Shown here in pieces: positions 9,191-18,985 of a stretch of DNA of 64,000 nt. The DNA comes from Candidatus Uhrbacteria bacterium CG_4_9_14_3_um_filter_41_35. GTDB lineage: Bacteria > Patescibacteriota > Patescibacteriia > UBA9934. The stretch's first letter is position 1; every line of letters starts with the position of its first letter. Position numbers and translations under genes: made by a program. The notes under the pieces were generated by a model. The model saw nothing but the letters and a program-made list of their open reading frames with translations. It was not told the origin of the DNA and did not search any database. The stretch is taken from the NCBI GenBank assembly GCA_002791275.1, contig PFWT01000009.1, positions 8,797-72,796 on the forward strand. The letters are read 5' to 3'.

Positions 9191-9214
9191 GTGAGCCATT
9201 TTGACTCACTTATT

Positions 9215-9574
9215 TTATTGCTTAAATGTAGCGCTATCGACAATTTCGTTAAAAAACGGGACATTGTCTGTTAGTTTTGTGAAGGTTGGTTTAGTGTAGG
9301 AGTTTGAAACACTGATTAGTTTTGTACCGTCATCATTTCTTGAAACAATAATATTCATAGTTTCAAAATCTAGATCAGCTGTATATTCCGGTGGGTAGTG
9401 AAAAGTAAAACCGTGCTGAGTGTCTAGCCAGGTGCCCCAATCAGTAGGCGCTTCGTAGGTAGCGGTGGCACTGATTTTATTAGTATTTGAACTAACGTTT
9501 ATTGCATTAGTAGCATTACTGCACCCGACACCTGTAAAAAGTAGTAGTAAGACAAGCGTGAGAACAAATTTCAT
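9215..9574 (-). CDS. Small secreted/lipoprotein-like hypothetical protein
   Basis: Signal peptide with a lipobox-like FTGVGCS. No further homology recognised. Confidence 0.4.
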   Translation of the reverse strand: MKFVLTLVLLLLFTGVGCSNATNAINVSSNTNKISATATYEAPTDWGTWLDTQHGFTFHYPPEYTADLDFETMNIIVSRNDDGTKLISVSNSYTKPTFTKLTDNVPFFNEIVDSATFKQ

Positions 9575-9718
9575 ATTAAGATTGATTATTAAAACAGTTT
9601 GTTAATTCAACTAAGTAAGCATTATATTTGGAACGAATAAATTAAACTAATTAGTTTCTGATTTATTCCCAAAACCGTTTCTGTTTACTTGCGTAAAATT
9701 TGTTCTGTGAAAAGTTGA

Positions 9719-10612
9719 TCAATCTGAGTACTTTTGAACAGTGGTTAAAGACAGGTCTTTGATATGTTTCAAAGTTCCAGTTTCTTGCGCTCCAAGTGCG
9801 AGTGCTGAAAGGCTTAGAATAACAAGACCAAGCATAATTTTGGAAACTGAGAGAGATTGACGTTCTTCCAGTTTTGAATAAATAAACCATTCGCTAAAAC
9901 CAATAGTAACAAAGAGAGCAAAGAAACCAATTGCGTTACCGGCCAAGACATCACTCAAATAATGAACACCGAGGTATAGGCGACTGTAATCTATTATTGA
10001 AACGCCAGCGAGTACAGCTAGTGCAATTAAGAAGCGCATAGTTTTTGACCTGTACTGTTTAACGAGCAAATAGCCAATAAAACCGAAGAGAAAAGCCACG
10101 GTAGTCGCGTGACCGCTAGGAAGTGAGTAGGAAGTTTCGGGAAGGGCCTGCATTAAAAGATCGGGCCGTGGTCTTTGAATGAGTTTCTTTAGAATGTAGG
10201 CAAAGGCTTCACCTGAAAAGAAAATAAAAAATGTTGCAATGCCAGAATAGCGCTTTTTGTTGAAAACAAGTAAAACACTGAACACTAAAATAGCCAGTAC
10301 ACCAACCACAGGTTCGCCAAAGTAGGTGATTGTAGAGAAAAATTTTACGCCAAAGTCGGTTCTGAGCGTATAGAGCAGGTTCATTATGCGTACATCGGCC
10401 AAAATCAGGGGATCACTGGTAAAATAGTCGCGAATCGTTTCGAATAAAAACCAGAGACAGTAGGCGGAGCTGACTGCAAGAAGCGTGAGGTGGATGCCAA
10501 AAAAACTCTGTTTTGAAGTTCTGGCGTTTAGAAAATTTACTGCTTTAGGATGACGCTTTAGGAAAGCCTGAACATCCGGGTGTTTTTTAATAAAATCAAT
10601 TATTTTGCTCAT
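9719..10612 (-). CDS. PAP2 superfamily membrane phosphatase
   Basis: Three PAP2 motifs: KKLIQRPRP, PSGH and SRLYLGVHYLSDVLAG. Multi-TM. Confidence 0.7.
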   Translation of the reverse strand: MSKIIDFIKKHPDVQAFLKRHPKAVNFLNARTSKQSFFGIHLTLLAVSSAYCLWFLFETIRDYFTSDPLILADVRIMNLLYTLRTDFGVKFFSTITYFGEPVVGVLAILVFSVLLVFNKKRYSGIATFFIFFSGEAFAYILKKLIQRPRPDLLMQALPETSYSLPSGHATTVAFLFGFIGYLLVKQYRSKTMRFLIALAVLAGVSIIDYSRLYLGVHYLSDVLAGNAIGFFALFVTIGFSEWFIYSKLEERQSLSVSKIMLGLVILSLSALALGAQETGTLKHIKDLSLTTVQKYSD

Positions 10613-10724
10613 AAAATGAAACCATTAGGGTAAATATATCACTATTTAGAAAAAACTCATATTTTTGGCTAAAAACCAGACAAATTGAGTTATTTATATT
10701 TCTTTAGGACTTGATTATATTTAG

Positions 10725-10753
10725 ATAAGTTGCTAATATATTAAGCGACTTAT
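10725..10753. promoter_or_regulatory. Candidate MarR operator (imperfect inverted repeat) in the divergent promoter region upstream of marR
   Basis: ATAAGTTGCT-N9-AGCGACTTAT, 10-bp arms with 1 mismatch, 12 bp upstream of the marR start. Confidence 0.35.
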
Positions 10754-10764
10754 TTATATCCTTT

Positions 10765-11196
10765 ATGATCGATCGAAATTCACTTATCGATGAAGTTTTG
10801 CAAGATATCCGTACAATGCGCCACAGTTGCGCTGTGCGTTTTGGTTTAAATAAAGAAAGTTCAGTAACGCCATCTCAGAGCTTAGTTTTAAACTTTGTTG
10901 AAAAACACACAGATTCAAGTGTAAAAAATATCGCTAAAGCTCTACAGATTTCAAGTAGTGCGGTAACTCAACTTATTGATGGTTTGGTGCAAAATGAAAT
11001 GTTGATCAGAATTCAGAGCTCGGAGGATCGGAGAGTTATTAAATTGAGTTTATCGAGTAAAGCAAAAAAAATGCTGAAGACTTTTCGCAAGCACGGACTT
11101 GAAAAGTCAGTCGCAATTTTTTGTAACTTAACAGATTCAGAACTCAAACAGTACGCACAGTTAAATAAAAAAATAATTGAAGGAATGAGTAAATAG
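10765..11196 (+). CDS. MarR family transcriptional regulator
   Basis: 143 aa winged-HTH protein with MarR-like helix pattern (LVLNFVEKH...SVKNIAKALQISSSAVTQLIDGL). First gene of an operon with two ABC exporter genes. Confidence 0.75.
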   Translation: MIDRNSLIDEVLQDIRTMRHSCAVRFGLNKESSVTPSQSLVLNFVEKHTDSSVKNIAKALQISSSAVTQLIDGLVQNEMLIRIQSSEDRRVIKLSLSSKAKKMLKTFRKHGLEKSVAIFCNLTDSELKQYAQLNKKIIEGMSK

Positions 11197-11202
11197 GGGT
11201 TT

Positions 11203-12966
11203 ATGCATAAAACTGCTCCGGCAAAAAACATGAAAAAGAAGAAAACCGAAACACGTCCCAGTATTCATAGTCTACTCGGATCCTATAAAAAATTTATTAT
11301 CCCGCTAGTTTTTTTAGCGCTATTAAGTAATGGCTTAACACTCTGGTTGCCACGACTCACGTCTCACGTGATTGATAGTTTTTCAACCTCAGCTAATCCA
11401 AACAAAGCACTACTTGAATTTGCGGTTGCTTCTAGTTTTGTATTTCTTCTGACTTTTGGCCAAACAATTTTGCAGACGCTAGCTTCTGAAAAAGTAGCAA
11501 AAGATTTACGTGACAAGTTGTCAGATAAAATTTCAAATCAGAGTTACGCTACTATTCAAAAAATTACACCAGCCAAACTTTTAACAAATTTAACGTCGGA
11601 TATCGACGCCATAAAAAACTTTGTTTCACAGGCAGTGGTGAACACCGTGTCTTCTATTTTTCTGATTATTGGTGGTAGTATTTTGCTAATCAGTATTGAC
11701 TGGCGCCTGGGTTTAGCAGTGCTTACAGTATTACCAATCATTGCTGGAGCGTTTATTTATATTTTTAGCAAGGTAAAAACTCTGTTTACCGAAACGCGTG
11801 AAGTGATTGATGCGCTTAATAAAGTTATTAACGAAAGTGTTGTTGGTTCGGCTCTGATTAGAATTGTGAATTCACGAGGACTAGAATTTAAGAAATTTCG
11901 AAAGGTTAACACGCAGGCGAAGCATCTTGGGATTAAGATAGTTAAACTTTTTGCCTCAATGATTCCAATTATAACTTTTTCTTCAAACCTTGCAGTGCTA
12001 ATTATTTTACTGTTTGGTGGAAAGTTCGTAATCAACGGTTCAATGACCTTGGGTGATTTTGCGTCGTTCAACAGTTATATAGTGATTCTAATTTTCCCAA
12101 TATTAATTTTGGGATTTGTAAGTAACATTGTTGCGCAGGCGCAGGCATCTTATGGTCGAATTTCCGAAATTCTCGGCTTGTCAGTGGGTGAAAAACAGGG
12201 AACGATTAAAAAAGAACTCAAAGGGGAGATTGAACTAAACAATGTGAGCTTAATTTACGGTGAAAAAAGTGCTTTAAAAGAGGTGTCGCTTCGTATTCAG
12301 TCAAAGAGTCGAACGGCAATTATTGGACCAACGGCAGCGGGGAAGACGCAACTGCTTAACTTACTGATCGGTTTGGTCCTGCCAAATGTTGGAACTGTAA
12401 CTTACGATGGTACGGAACTCAAGGATTTTGATAAAGAAAATTTGTACAAGCAGGTTGGTTTGGTTTTTCAAGACAGCATTTTGTTTAACCTTAGCTTGAA
12501 GGAAAATATTGCTTTTAGTACAGCGGTTTCTGAAGAGGATTTACAAAAAGCTATTGAAACCGCTGAGCTTGATGAGTTCATTCATACATTACCAAACGGT
12601 CTTGAAACCATAGTTTCAGAACGTGGAACTAGTTTATCCGGTGGGCAAAAGCAACGTATTATGCTGGCCAGAGCTTTGTCTTTAAACCCACGAGTTCTAC
12701 TACTTGATGATTTTACGGCCCGAGTTGATTCCAAAACCGAAGCAAAAATTTTGCAGAATATCACAAATAATTATCCGGCAATTACACTAGTTTCGGTTAC
12801 ACAGAAAATTTCTTCAGTTGAACATTATGATCAGATTATCGTTTTAATGGAGGGTGAGGTGATCGCGAGTGGTTTACACGATGAATTATTAAAGACATCA
12901 CCAGAGTATAATCAGATTTTCAATTCACAAAAAAGTACAAATATTTATGAATTACAGTCTAAGTAG
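11203..12966 (+). CDS. ABC exporter, fused permease/ATPase (type I exporter half-transporter)
   Basis: Six-TM N-domain plus an NBD with Walker A GPTAAGKTQ, signature LSGGQKQR and Walker B LLLDD. Confidence 0.85.
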   Translation: MHKTAPAKNMKKKKTETRPSIHSLLGSYKKFIIPLVFLALLSNGLTLWLPRLTSHVIDSFSTSANPNKALLEFAVASSFVFLLTFGQTILQTLASEKVAKDLRDKLSDKISNQSYATIQKITPAKLLTNLTSDIDAIKNFVSQAVVNTVSSIFLIIGGSILLISIDWRLGLAVLTVLPIIAGAFIYIFSKVKTLFTETREVIDALNKVINESVVGSALIRIVNSRGLEFKKFRKVNTQAKHLGIKIVKLFASMIPIITFSSNLAVLIILLFGGKFVINGSMTLGDFASFNSYIVILIFPILILGFVSNIVAQAQASYGRISEILGLSVGEKQGTIKKELKGEIELNNVSLIYGEKSALKEVSLRIQSKSRTAIIGPTAAGKTQLLNLLIGLVLPNVGTVTYDGTELKDFDKENLYKQVGLVFQDSILFNLSLKENIAFSTAVSEEDLQKAIETAELDEFIHTLPNGLETIVSERGTSLSGGQKQRIMLARALSLNPRVLLLDDFTARVDSKTEAKILQNITNNYPAITLVSVTQKISSVEHYDQIIVLMEGEVIASGLHDELLKTSPEYNQIFNSQKSTNIYELQSK

Positions 12967-14704
12967 TGAAACTAGCAAAAAATCATTAACTCTCTGGCAA
13001 ACTATTTTGAAGATTTGGCCACTTTTGGTTGATGAAAAGAAAATATTGTTTTTGGCGTTAAGTTTTGTAATAACAACCTCACTACTTAGCTTAACCGCTC
13101 CGAGACTCATTGCCTACGCCATCGATACTTACATTTTGCAAAAAGATTATCACGGTGTTTTGGTTTACGGCGCGATTATCCTGGCGCTCTATTTAACGGC
13201 ACTGGTTACAAGTTATTTTCAAACTAGACTAATGGGAGAAGTTGGTCAGCGAGTTTTGTACAGACTCAGGAATCAAATTTTCGAAAAACTCCAGTCTTTG
13301 CCGGTTGCTTTTTTCAATCAAAACAAAACAGGTGATTTAATCTCGAGAATTAATAATGATACCGACAAAATAAGCGAATTTTTCTCGCGTTCAGTGGTGC
13401 AATTTTTTAGCAGTATTTTTTTAATGATAGGATCGGCAATATTTTTGCTGAGTTTAAATTTTAAATTAGGTCTAGCAACACTAACACCAGCGCTCGTATT
13501 ATTAGTGATCACAAAAGTACTTTCCGCTTGGATTAAGCAAAGAAATTTACTGAGCGCTAAGGCTTTAGGCGAGCTTAGTTCTGAAGTTCAAGAAAATATA
13601 AATAACTTCAAAGTAATCATTGCTTTTAATCGACGAGATTTTTTTAGACGGCGATTTTCTGAAGTTAACGCCCATAACTATAAGTCAGCGGTTGGTGCTG
13701 GAATAGCCAATATTTCACTGACGCCAGTCTATGGTTTGGCCTCAAATTTTGGCCAGCTTATCGTTTTAGCCTACGGAATTTCGCTTATATCTTCGCAAAA
13801 CTTTACGATTGGACTGCTGATCAGCTTCTTGGCTTATTCAAACAGTTTCTACAATCCACTTCGGCAAATTGCGGCGCTTTGGACGAGTTTACAAACGGCG
13901 CTTGCCAGTTGGGATCGCGTGTCTGAAATTCTATTGCTCGAAAATGATTTACCGATAATTAAGGATGTTGCTAAAAGAATTACGGACACTGTTCTTGAAT
14001 TTAAAGGCGTGAACTTTAGATATCCTGATGGCAAAGAAGTTTTGCATAACGTGAATTTGAATCTTGAAAAAGGAAAGACTTACGCGCTGGTTGGCCCAAC
14101 CGGGGGAGGTAAAACAACCACAGCGTCGCTAATGTCGCGACTGTATGATCCAACAAATGGTGAGGTTGTGCTCTGCGGAAAGGATATAAAAACCTATTCA
14201 GCAAAGGAACGAGCCGAAAAAATTGGCTTTATTTTGCAGGAACCGATTTTGTTTTCTGGTACAGTCTTTGATAATATCTTGTACGCAAACGAGGAGTACA
14301 AAAAATTTACAGTGGCGGAGCTTGAAGAAGTAATTAAGCAGAGTGGACTTCAAGAACTAATAAATCGATTCGATAAAGGCTTACTCACTGAAATTTCAGT
14401 TGGCGGAGAGGATATCAGTCTTGGTCAAAAACAGCTCATTGCCTTTATAAGAGCTGTTTTACGCAAGCCAGAGGTATTAATTCTGGACGAAGCAACGGCG
14501 AATATTGATACAGTTACTGAACAACTACTTGAAAATATTTTGGCAAAGCTACCAGACCAGACTACGAAAATTATTATTGCGCACCGATTAAATACAATCG
14601 AAAACGCAGATGAGATCTTTTTTGTAAACTCTGGTAATGTGATTAAGGCCGGATCTATGAAGCGCGCGGTGGAAATGCTACTTCATGGTAATATGAAAAG
14701 CTAA
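12947..14704 (+). CDS. ABC exporter, fused permease/ATPase (heterodimer partner)
   Basis: TM domain plus an NBD with Walker A GPTGGGKTT, signature ISLGQKQL and Walker B LILDEAT. Overlaps the upstream partner by 20 nt. Confidence 0.85.
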   Translation: MNYSLSSETSKKSLTLWQTILKIWPLLVDEKKILFLALSFVITTSLLSLTAPRLIAYAIDTYILQKDYHGVLVYGAIILALYLTALVTSYFQTRLMGEVGQRVLYRLRNQIFEKLQSLPVAFFNQNKTGDLISRINNDTDKISEFFSRSVVQFFSSIFLMIGSAIFLLSLNFKLGLATLTPALVLLVITKVLSAWIKQRNLLSAKALGELSSEVQENINNFKVIIAFNRRDFFRRRFSEVNAHNYKSAVGAGIANISLTPVYGLASNFGQLIVLAYGISLISSQNFTIGLLISFLAYSNSFYNPLRQIAALWTSLQTALASWDRVSEILLLENDLPIIKDVAKRITDTVLEFKGVNFRYPDGKEVLHNVNLNLEKGKTYALVGPTGGGKTTTASLMSRLYDPTNGEVVLCGKDIKTYSAKERAEKIGFILQEPILFSGTVFDNILYANEEYKKFTVAELEEVIKQSGLQELINRFDKGLLTEISVGGEDISLGQKQLIAFIRAVLRKPEVLILDEATANIDTVTEQLLENILAKLPDQTTKIIIAHRLNTIENADEIFFVNSGNVIKAGSMKRAVEMLLHGNMKS

Positions 14705-14709
14705 AATAT

Positions 14710-15594
14710 ATGGCGAAAAAAACATACAGATTACCTGAAGAATTTTTGGAAAGACTGAACGCTCAATTTGGTCCGTTTAAAGCTGGTCAGATTTTGAAAG
14801 CGTTTGAGACAGAACGACCAACGACTTTCAGAACCAATACCTTAAAATCAACCGACGAAAAAACCATGGATTTTTTGCGCAGTGGGAGTTACAGGTACGA
14901 AAGAATTAAAACTATCCCGCACGCTTTCAGGGCTCAGGTGGCAAAGGCTAAAGATCTGCTCGAAACTGAATACTTTAAAGAGGGGAACGCCTATATGCAG
15001 GGGGAGACTTCAATGTTACCTCCGCTCTACCTTGAACCAAAGCCAGGAGATACGGTTTTGGATCTCTGTGCGGCGCCGGGCGGTAAGACTTCACAAATTG
15101 CTGCACTTATGAAAAACGAAGGTGTGTTGGTTGCTTGTGAGGACGACGAAATAAGGTATCAAAAACTTGTTTATACTCTGCAAAATCAAGGAGTAAAAAT
15201 TGCTAAGGCCTTAAAGATGGATGCGGCGGTACTTTACAAAGAGATGCCTGAAACTTTTGATTTGGTATTGGCTGATGTGCCGTGCTCGGCCGAAGGTCGA
15301 ATTTCGGTTCATGATTTGCGAACGTTTAGTTATTGGTCGAAAAAAAATATTATTGCCCACGCAAAAATGCAACGCCGACTGTTGCGCGGAGCAGTAGCCT
15401 GTTTAAAACCTGGAGGAACCTTGGTTTATTCAACCTGTACCTTAGCGCCAGAGGAAAATGAATTAATGGTGGAGTGGTTACTTGAAACCTATCCTGAAAT
15501 GAAGCTTCTTGAGCCGGTTAACCTAACAATTCCAACTAAAGAACGCGAAGGTTTCTTTGTGGCCAAGGTTGGCAAGAAGAAAATAAAACAATAA
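14710..15594 (+). CDS. NOL1/NOP2/Sun (RsmB/RsmF-like) rRNA cytosine-C5 methyltransferase
   Basis: SAM-binding motif DLCAAPGGKT and catalytic motifs DVPCSAEG / TLVYSTCT. Confidence 0.75.
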   Translation: MAKKTYRLPEEFLERLNAQFGPFKAGQILKAFETERPTTFRTNTLKSTDEKTMDFLRSGSYRYERIKTIPHAFRAQVAKAKDLLETEYFKEGNAYMQGETSMLPPLYLEPKPGDTVLDLCAAPGGKTSQIAALMKNEGVLVACEDDEIRYQKLVYTLQNQGVKIAKALKMDAAVLYKEMPETFDLVLADVPCSAEGRISVHDLRTFSYWSKKNIIAHAKMQRRLLRGAVACLKPGGTLVYSTCTLAPEENELMVEWLLETYPEMKLLEPVNLTIPTKEREGFFVAKVGKKKIKQ

Positions 15595-15598
15595 AAAA

Positions 15599-15620
15599 TA
15601 GACATTGTGTCTATTTTTTA
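15599..15620 (+). terminator. Rho-independent terminator
   Basis: Stem tagaca/tgtcta with ttg loop, followed by TTTTTTA. Confidence 0.55.
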
Positions 15621-15670
15621 TTGTAACAAGCGAGATAGTTTTGTAATCAAACTATTTAAGGAAGTTTCGA

Positions 15671-16906
15671 TCATTCGTCAAAATCCTCTTCAAGTAATTC
15701 ACTTCCTGGAAGTTCGAGCGCTTGAATCGTTTGGAGTGAGGCTCCGATTAAGCCCTGGAGATCGCCGTACATACTCGAGGTATTGATGGTCACCCGTTCA
15801 ATTTCTTTTTCTCGCTTCTTCCAAATTCTTTGCATCGACCGCTTTTCTGAATCAAGATCTGACCGCATACTACTAAACGCCGAAACGATATTTTCAATAT
15901 GATGCCTAAACTCACTACCTGAGAGGTAACTGTAAAGCAGTTCCATCTTCTGGTCTTTACCAACGAGCGATTGTTTAACCTGGGCAACTTGCAAAATGTT
16001 AGCGCGTAAAACCGTCGCAAGTGATGGCGCGGATTGGTAGTTAGACACCCAAACACCATCAACCAAACCAAAGTCGGTAATACCTTCAGGTAAAGTTTGT
16101 GAGATCAAAATACAGACATCGGCTTTCGCAAGACCCTGATCATCGCGAAGTTTTTTAACCCAGTCGTTGCTCCAAGCCTTGGTATTTTTTGATTCCCAGA
16201 GCATTATTCCAGCTTCCTGACCAAACTTTGTGTGTACAGTTTGAATAAGATCAGCTCCTCGGATACCGGTTGGGACGTCGGCAATGTTGTCGACAGGGAA
16301 GATGTTTTGCAAAAGATCCCGTAAGTCATTTTCTTGCACATCACCTTGAATTTGCATTGACCCTTGCTCACCTTTACGTTTTAGATCCTCGATAGTTTTG
16401 TTCATCTGCGCAATCTGCTTATCTTTTTCAGCGACTTTCAGTCGAGCTTCCTCCGAAGCTTCTCTCTTGGTTTCTTCAACAATTTTTGCGCGTTCCTGAT
16501 CGATTTGACGTTCGAGTTCAAGCTTCATACTCTTTTCACGTTCCTCAATTTCTCGTTTCTGTCGGCGTAGATCGAGCTCGGCTTTTTCCATTTCTTTGAG
16601 CTTTTGGTCTTTTTCTGAATTTGCCTGCTGTAAATCTCTAAGTTCAAGTTCTACTTTTTTTGACGCTTCATTTTTTGCCTCAAGAGCAATTTTTTGGCGT
16701 TCACTTGCAATGCCGGTGTCAATAATTTTTTGAACATCCTGTTCTTTAAGTTTAAGATTTTTTTCAAGCTCCGCCATTTTTTCTTTTTCAGCCTGTAATT
16801 CTAAACTCATTTGCTTGCGAAGTTGCAACTGAATTTTTTCAGTAAGCGCTGTGTTTAGGGGAATTTCAGTATTACAGTTTGGACAGGTGATAATTTGATC
16901 GGTCAT
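15671..16906 (-). CDS. DUF2130-like protein: N-terminal CxxC zinc ribbon, long K/E-rich coiled coil, conserved C-terminal domain
   Basis: CPNCNTEIPL at the N-terminus, about 150 aa of heptad-rich KE repeats, and a C-terminal GDVQENDLRDLLQNIFPVDNIADVPTGIRGADLIQTV block resembling the DUF2130 family. Confidence 0.5.
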   Translation of the reverse strand: MTDQIITCPNCNTEIPLNTALTEKIQLQLRKQMSLELQAEKEKMAELEKNLKLKEQDVQKIIDTGIASERQKIALEAKNEASKKVELELRDLQQANSEKDQKLKEMEKAELDLRRQKREIEEREKSMKLELERQIDQERAKIVEETKREASEEARLKVAEKDKQIAQMNKTIEDLKRKGEQGSMQIQGDVQENDLRDLLQNIFPVDNIADVPTGIRGADLIQTVHTKFGQEAGIMLWESKNTKAWSNDWVKKLRDDQGLAKADVCILISQTLPEGITDFGLVDGVWVSNYQSAPSLATVLRANILQVAQVKQSLVGKDQKMELLYSYLSGSEFRHHIENIVSAFSSMRSDLDSEKRSMQRIWKKREKEIERVTINTSSMYGDLQGLIGASLQTIQALELPGSELLEEDFDE

Positions 16907-17028
16907 AGTTGAGGTTTATTTGTTTGAGCCCAGTTTATCACAAAAATGTGAATATGTTGCAAAGTGCATATATCTTTGACATTACCCGGGTTTAACGAGA
17001 TAATAACTATAATATTGATTGAATAAGT

Positions 17029-17487
17029 ATGAAAAAGGTTACAAAAAAACAGGTGCGGGAGTTTTTAAAGTCACACTACATTATGCAGATTGCAACCGTT
17101 TCCAGGAAAAAAATCCCCCGAGTTTCGGTACTGCTTTATGCAATAGACAACGATTTTAATTTTTACTGCGCCACGCACAGTGATAGTCTCAAAGCCAAAA
17201 ATATGGCGGTAAATAAGAATGTTAGTCTGGTTGTGTGGGAGAATAATAATTTGTCCGTGCAGGTCGACGGTAAGGTTGAGCCAATAAAAGATCAAAAGGA
17301 AAGGCTAAAGATTGTTGACAGGCTAGCACGAGCAGCCACAGCGGATAAGGATTTCTGGCCACCGGTATTAAGGATTAGCGGAGATGAATACGCAGTTTAC
17401 AAAATAGTGCCAAGTACAATTTTTGCGCTTGAAATAAAAAGTCACAGTATCAGAGAAACAGTTTCCCCGTTTACACAGATAAAATAA
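17029..17487 (+). CDS. Pyridoxamine 5'-phosphate oxidase-like FMN-binding protein
   Basis: Split-barrel PNPOx-like pattern (IMQIATVS...PRVSVLLYA...NVSLVVWEN). Confidence 0.55.
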   Translation: MKKVTKKQVREFLKSHYIMQIATVSRKKIPRVSVLLYAIDNDFNFYCATHSDSLKAKNMAVNKNVSLVVWENNNLSVQVDGKVEPIKDQKERLKIVDRLARAATADKDFWPPVLRISGDEYAVYKIVPSTIFALEIKSHSIRETVSPFTQIK

Positions 17488-17490
17488 AAT

Positions 17491-17886
17491 ATGACAACTG
17501 CTAAAAAAAATAAGGTCGTGATTCTACTGTCAGAAAAGGATGTTTTTTTGGTTAAAATATATAAGTATAAATTCAATAAAGAAGCTGGCTGGGAAACAAT
17601 GGTGGCAGACGATCCAAAAAGTTTGCTCGAACTGGTCTTAAAAGAAAAACCAAGTTTGGTTCTGACCGACATTATCTTAAAAAATGGCACAGCCTACGAT
17701 GTAATTGAGAAAATTACTCACAATAAAGATAAGAAAATTGCTTCGATTCCGATTGTGATTTTAACAGATTTAGCTCAGAATCAGGACGTTCAGAATATGA
17801 AAAAACTTGGCGTGACTGAATATCTTGTAAAAAGCGAAACAACTTTTGATGAGGTAATTAGTGTAGTAAAACAATTGCAAAAATAA
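17491..17886 (+). CDS. Single-domain response regulator receiver (CheY-like)
   Basis: Receiver fold with phospho-acceptor Asp in LVLTDIIL and the conserved Lys region (VTEYLVKS). No output domain. Confidence 0.55.
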   Translation: MTTAKKNKVVILLSEKDVFLVKIYKYKFNKEAGWETMVADDPKSLLELVLKEKPSLVLTDIILKNGTAYDVIEKITHNKDKKIASIPIVILTDLAQNQDVQNMKKLGVTEYLVKSETTFDEVISVVKQLQK

Positions 17887-17890
17887 TAAA

Positions 17891-17916
17891 ATAGCCACAT
17901 TACGTGGCTATTTTTG
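17891..17916 (+). terminator. Rho-independent terminator
   Basis: atagccac/gtggctat stem, attac loop, T-run. Confidence 0.6.
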
Positions 17917-17919
17917 TAT

Positions 17920-17942
17920 TAAAAAAAGGACCGAGGTCCTTT
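17920..17942 (-). terminator. Rho-independent terminator for minus-strand gene
   Basis: aggacc/ggtcct stem flanked by an A-run on the plus strand (a T-run on the minus strand). Confidence 0.5.
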
Positions 17943-17957
17943 GAGCTAAAGTCGTGC

Positions 17958-18497
17958 TTACCGCAGATGCTTTAATTGCCTGGCTTTCAGCCACTGTCTG
18001 AACTGTTCAACTCGCTTACTGTGCCAAGCAGCTTCTTCGAGCCAGAGGCGCCAAGTTGACTGTTTCAGTCTGTGCCAGACGTTCTTCTTGCGTTCATCGA
18101 ATTCGATTCCGTAGATAATGAACCTCTTAAAGAGCTTGCTCGCCAGGAAGTTCACAACATCCTTTAGCGAGTGCTCGCAGAAGATGACAACAGCAGTGTC
18201 GCCGACAGCTTCTTTGAAATTGATCAGGTTTTCCTTGGTAGTAACACCTTTTTCGAGGAGGCGCACCGTGCAGTAGTCTGGCAGACGGTAGTGGTCAAGC
18301 CAGATTTTCATAGCTTCAGCCTCGCTTAGATCTAGTCGGGTAGTGTGACCACCCGCCAGGTAAAGATCAACACTTGGTGGCTTCAAGCGCTCAAGAGTCT
18401 TCAACATCGCAAACAGATAGTGCCCGTTATTCCCGTCATAGAGCGGGTACTTTGGCGCACCGTATCCGAGCACACAAACCTTCAATTCTGTTTCCAT
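17958..18497 (-). CDS. DUF218 (YdcF/ElyC-like) domain protein; compositionally GC-rich relative to neighbours
   Basis: VCVLGYG...YLAGGHT...LSEAEAMKIW...EKGVTTKENL matches the DUF218 pattern. Local GC is about 50% against a roughly 37% background. Confidence 0.5.
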   Translation of the reverse strand: METELKVCVLGYGAPKYPLYDGNNGHYLFAMLKTLERLKPPSVDLYLAGGHTTRLDLSEAEAMKIWLDHYRLPDYCTVRLLEKGVTTKENLINFKEAVGDTAVVIFCEHSLKDVVNFLASKLFKRFIIYGIEFDERKKNVWHRLKQSTWRLWLEEAAWHSKRVEQFRQWLKARQLKHLR

Positions 18498-18529
18498 TTA
18501 AACCTCCCTGAAGTGATGCAATGGTGCTC

Positions 18530-18919
18530 CTAACTGAACATTTTGTCAATTTGGAAGGGGAAGATCTGGTTTGAAAACAGGTAGTAGATGAGTAAGAGAT
18601 GAACTAAAATTAACAGCCAAGCAATTAGTTGAAACTTACTTTTACTTGTTTTATGATGAAAAAAATTCATACTAAGAACAGCTCCCACAAGTCCGCCAAG
18701 GAGAATAGTGAAATATAAAATTTTTTCAGGAACTCGACGTTTACCTATTTTAGCTAAATATTTATCCAGGCCAAATAGTAAAAATGCTCCAATGTTTAAA
18801 GAGAGATAATAATTGTATAGAGGCGGGATGGCAAAATTTACGAATATTATAACAAAACTCACCAAACAAAAAATTAGCCAAACAATAAGGGAAGTTGAAT
18901 AAGGACTATTTTTTCTCAT
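18530..18919 (-). CDS. DUF1294 family membrane protein
   Basis: LFGLDKYLAKIGKRRVPEKIL...LLGGLVGAVLSMNFFHHKTSK matches the DUF1294 signature. Confidence 0.65.
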   Translation of the reverse strand: MRKNSPYSTSLIVWLIFCLVSFVIIFVNFAIPPLYNYYLSLNIGAFLLFGLDKYLAKIGKRRVPEKILYFTILLGGLVGAVLSMNFFHHKTSKSKFQLIAWLLILVHLLLIYYLFSNQIFPFQIDKMFS

Positions 18920-18957
18920 AGTGTAGGTGAGGGCTTGACTTATTTTACATGTTGAAC

Positions 18958-18985
18958 TACTATATCAATACAAATTGATATAGTA
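18958..18985. promoter_or_regulatory. 28-bp palindromic operator (12-4-12) abutting the arsR-family start codon
   Basis: TACTATATCAAT acaa ATTGATATAGTA with perfect 12-bp arms. A near-identical site lies upstream of gdhA at 28315-28342. Confidence 0.6.

Noticed and set aside
9663-9890. ORF 9663..9890 (-) overlapping the 3-prime end of the PAP2 gene.
   Set aside because: It is out of frame with and nested in the PAP2 CDS, which has all three PAP2 motifs.
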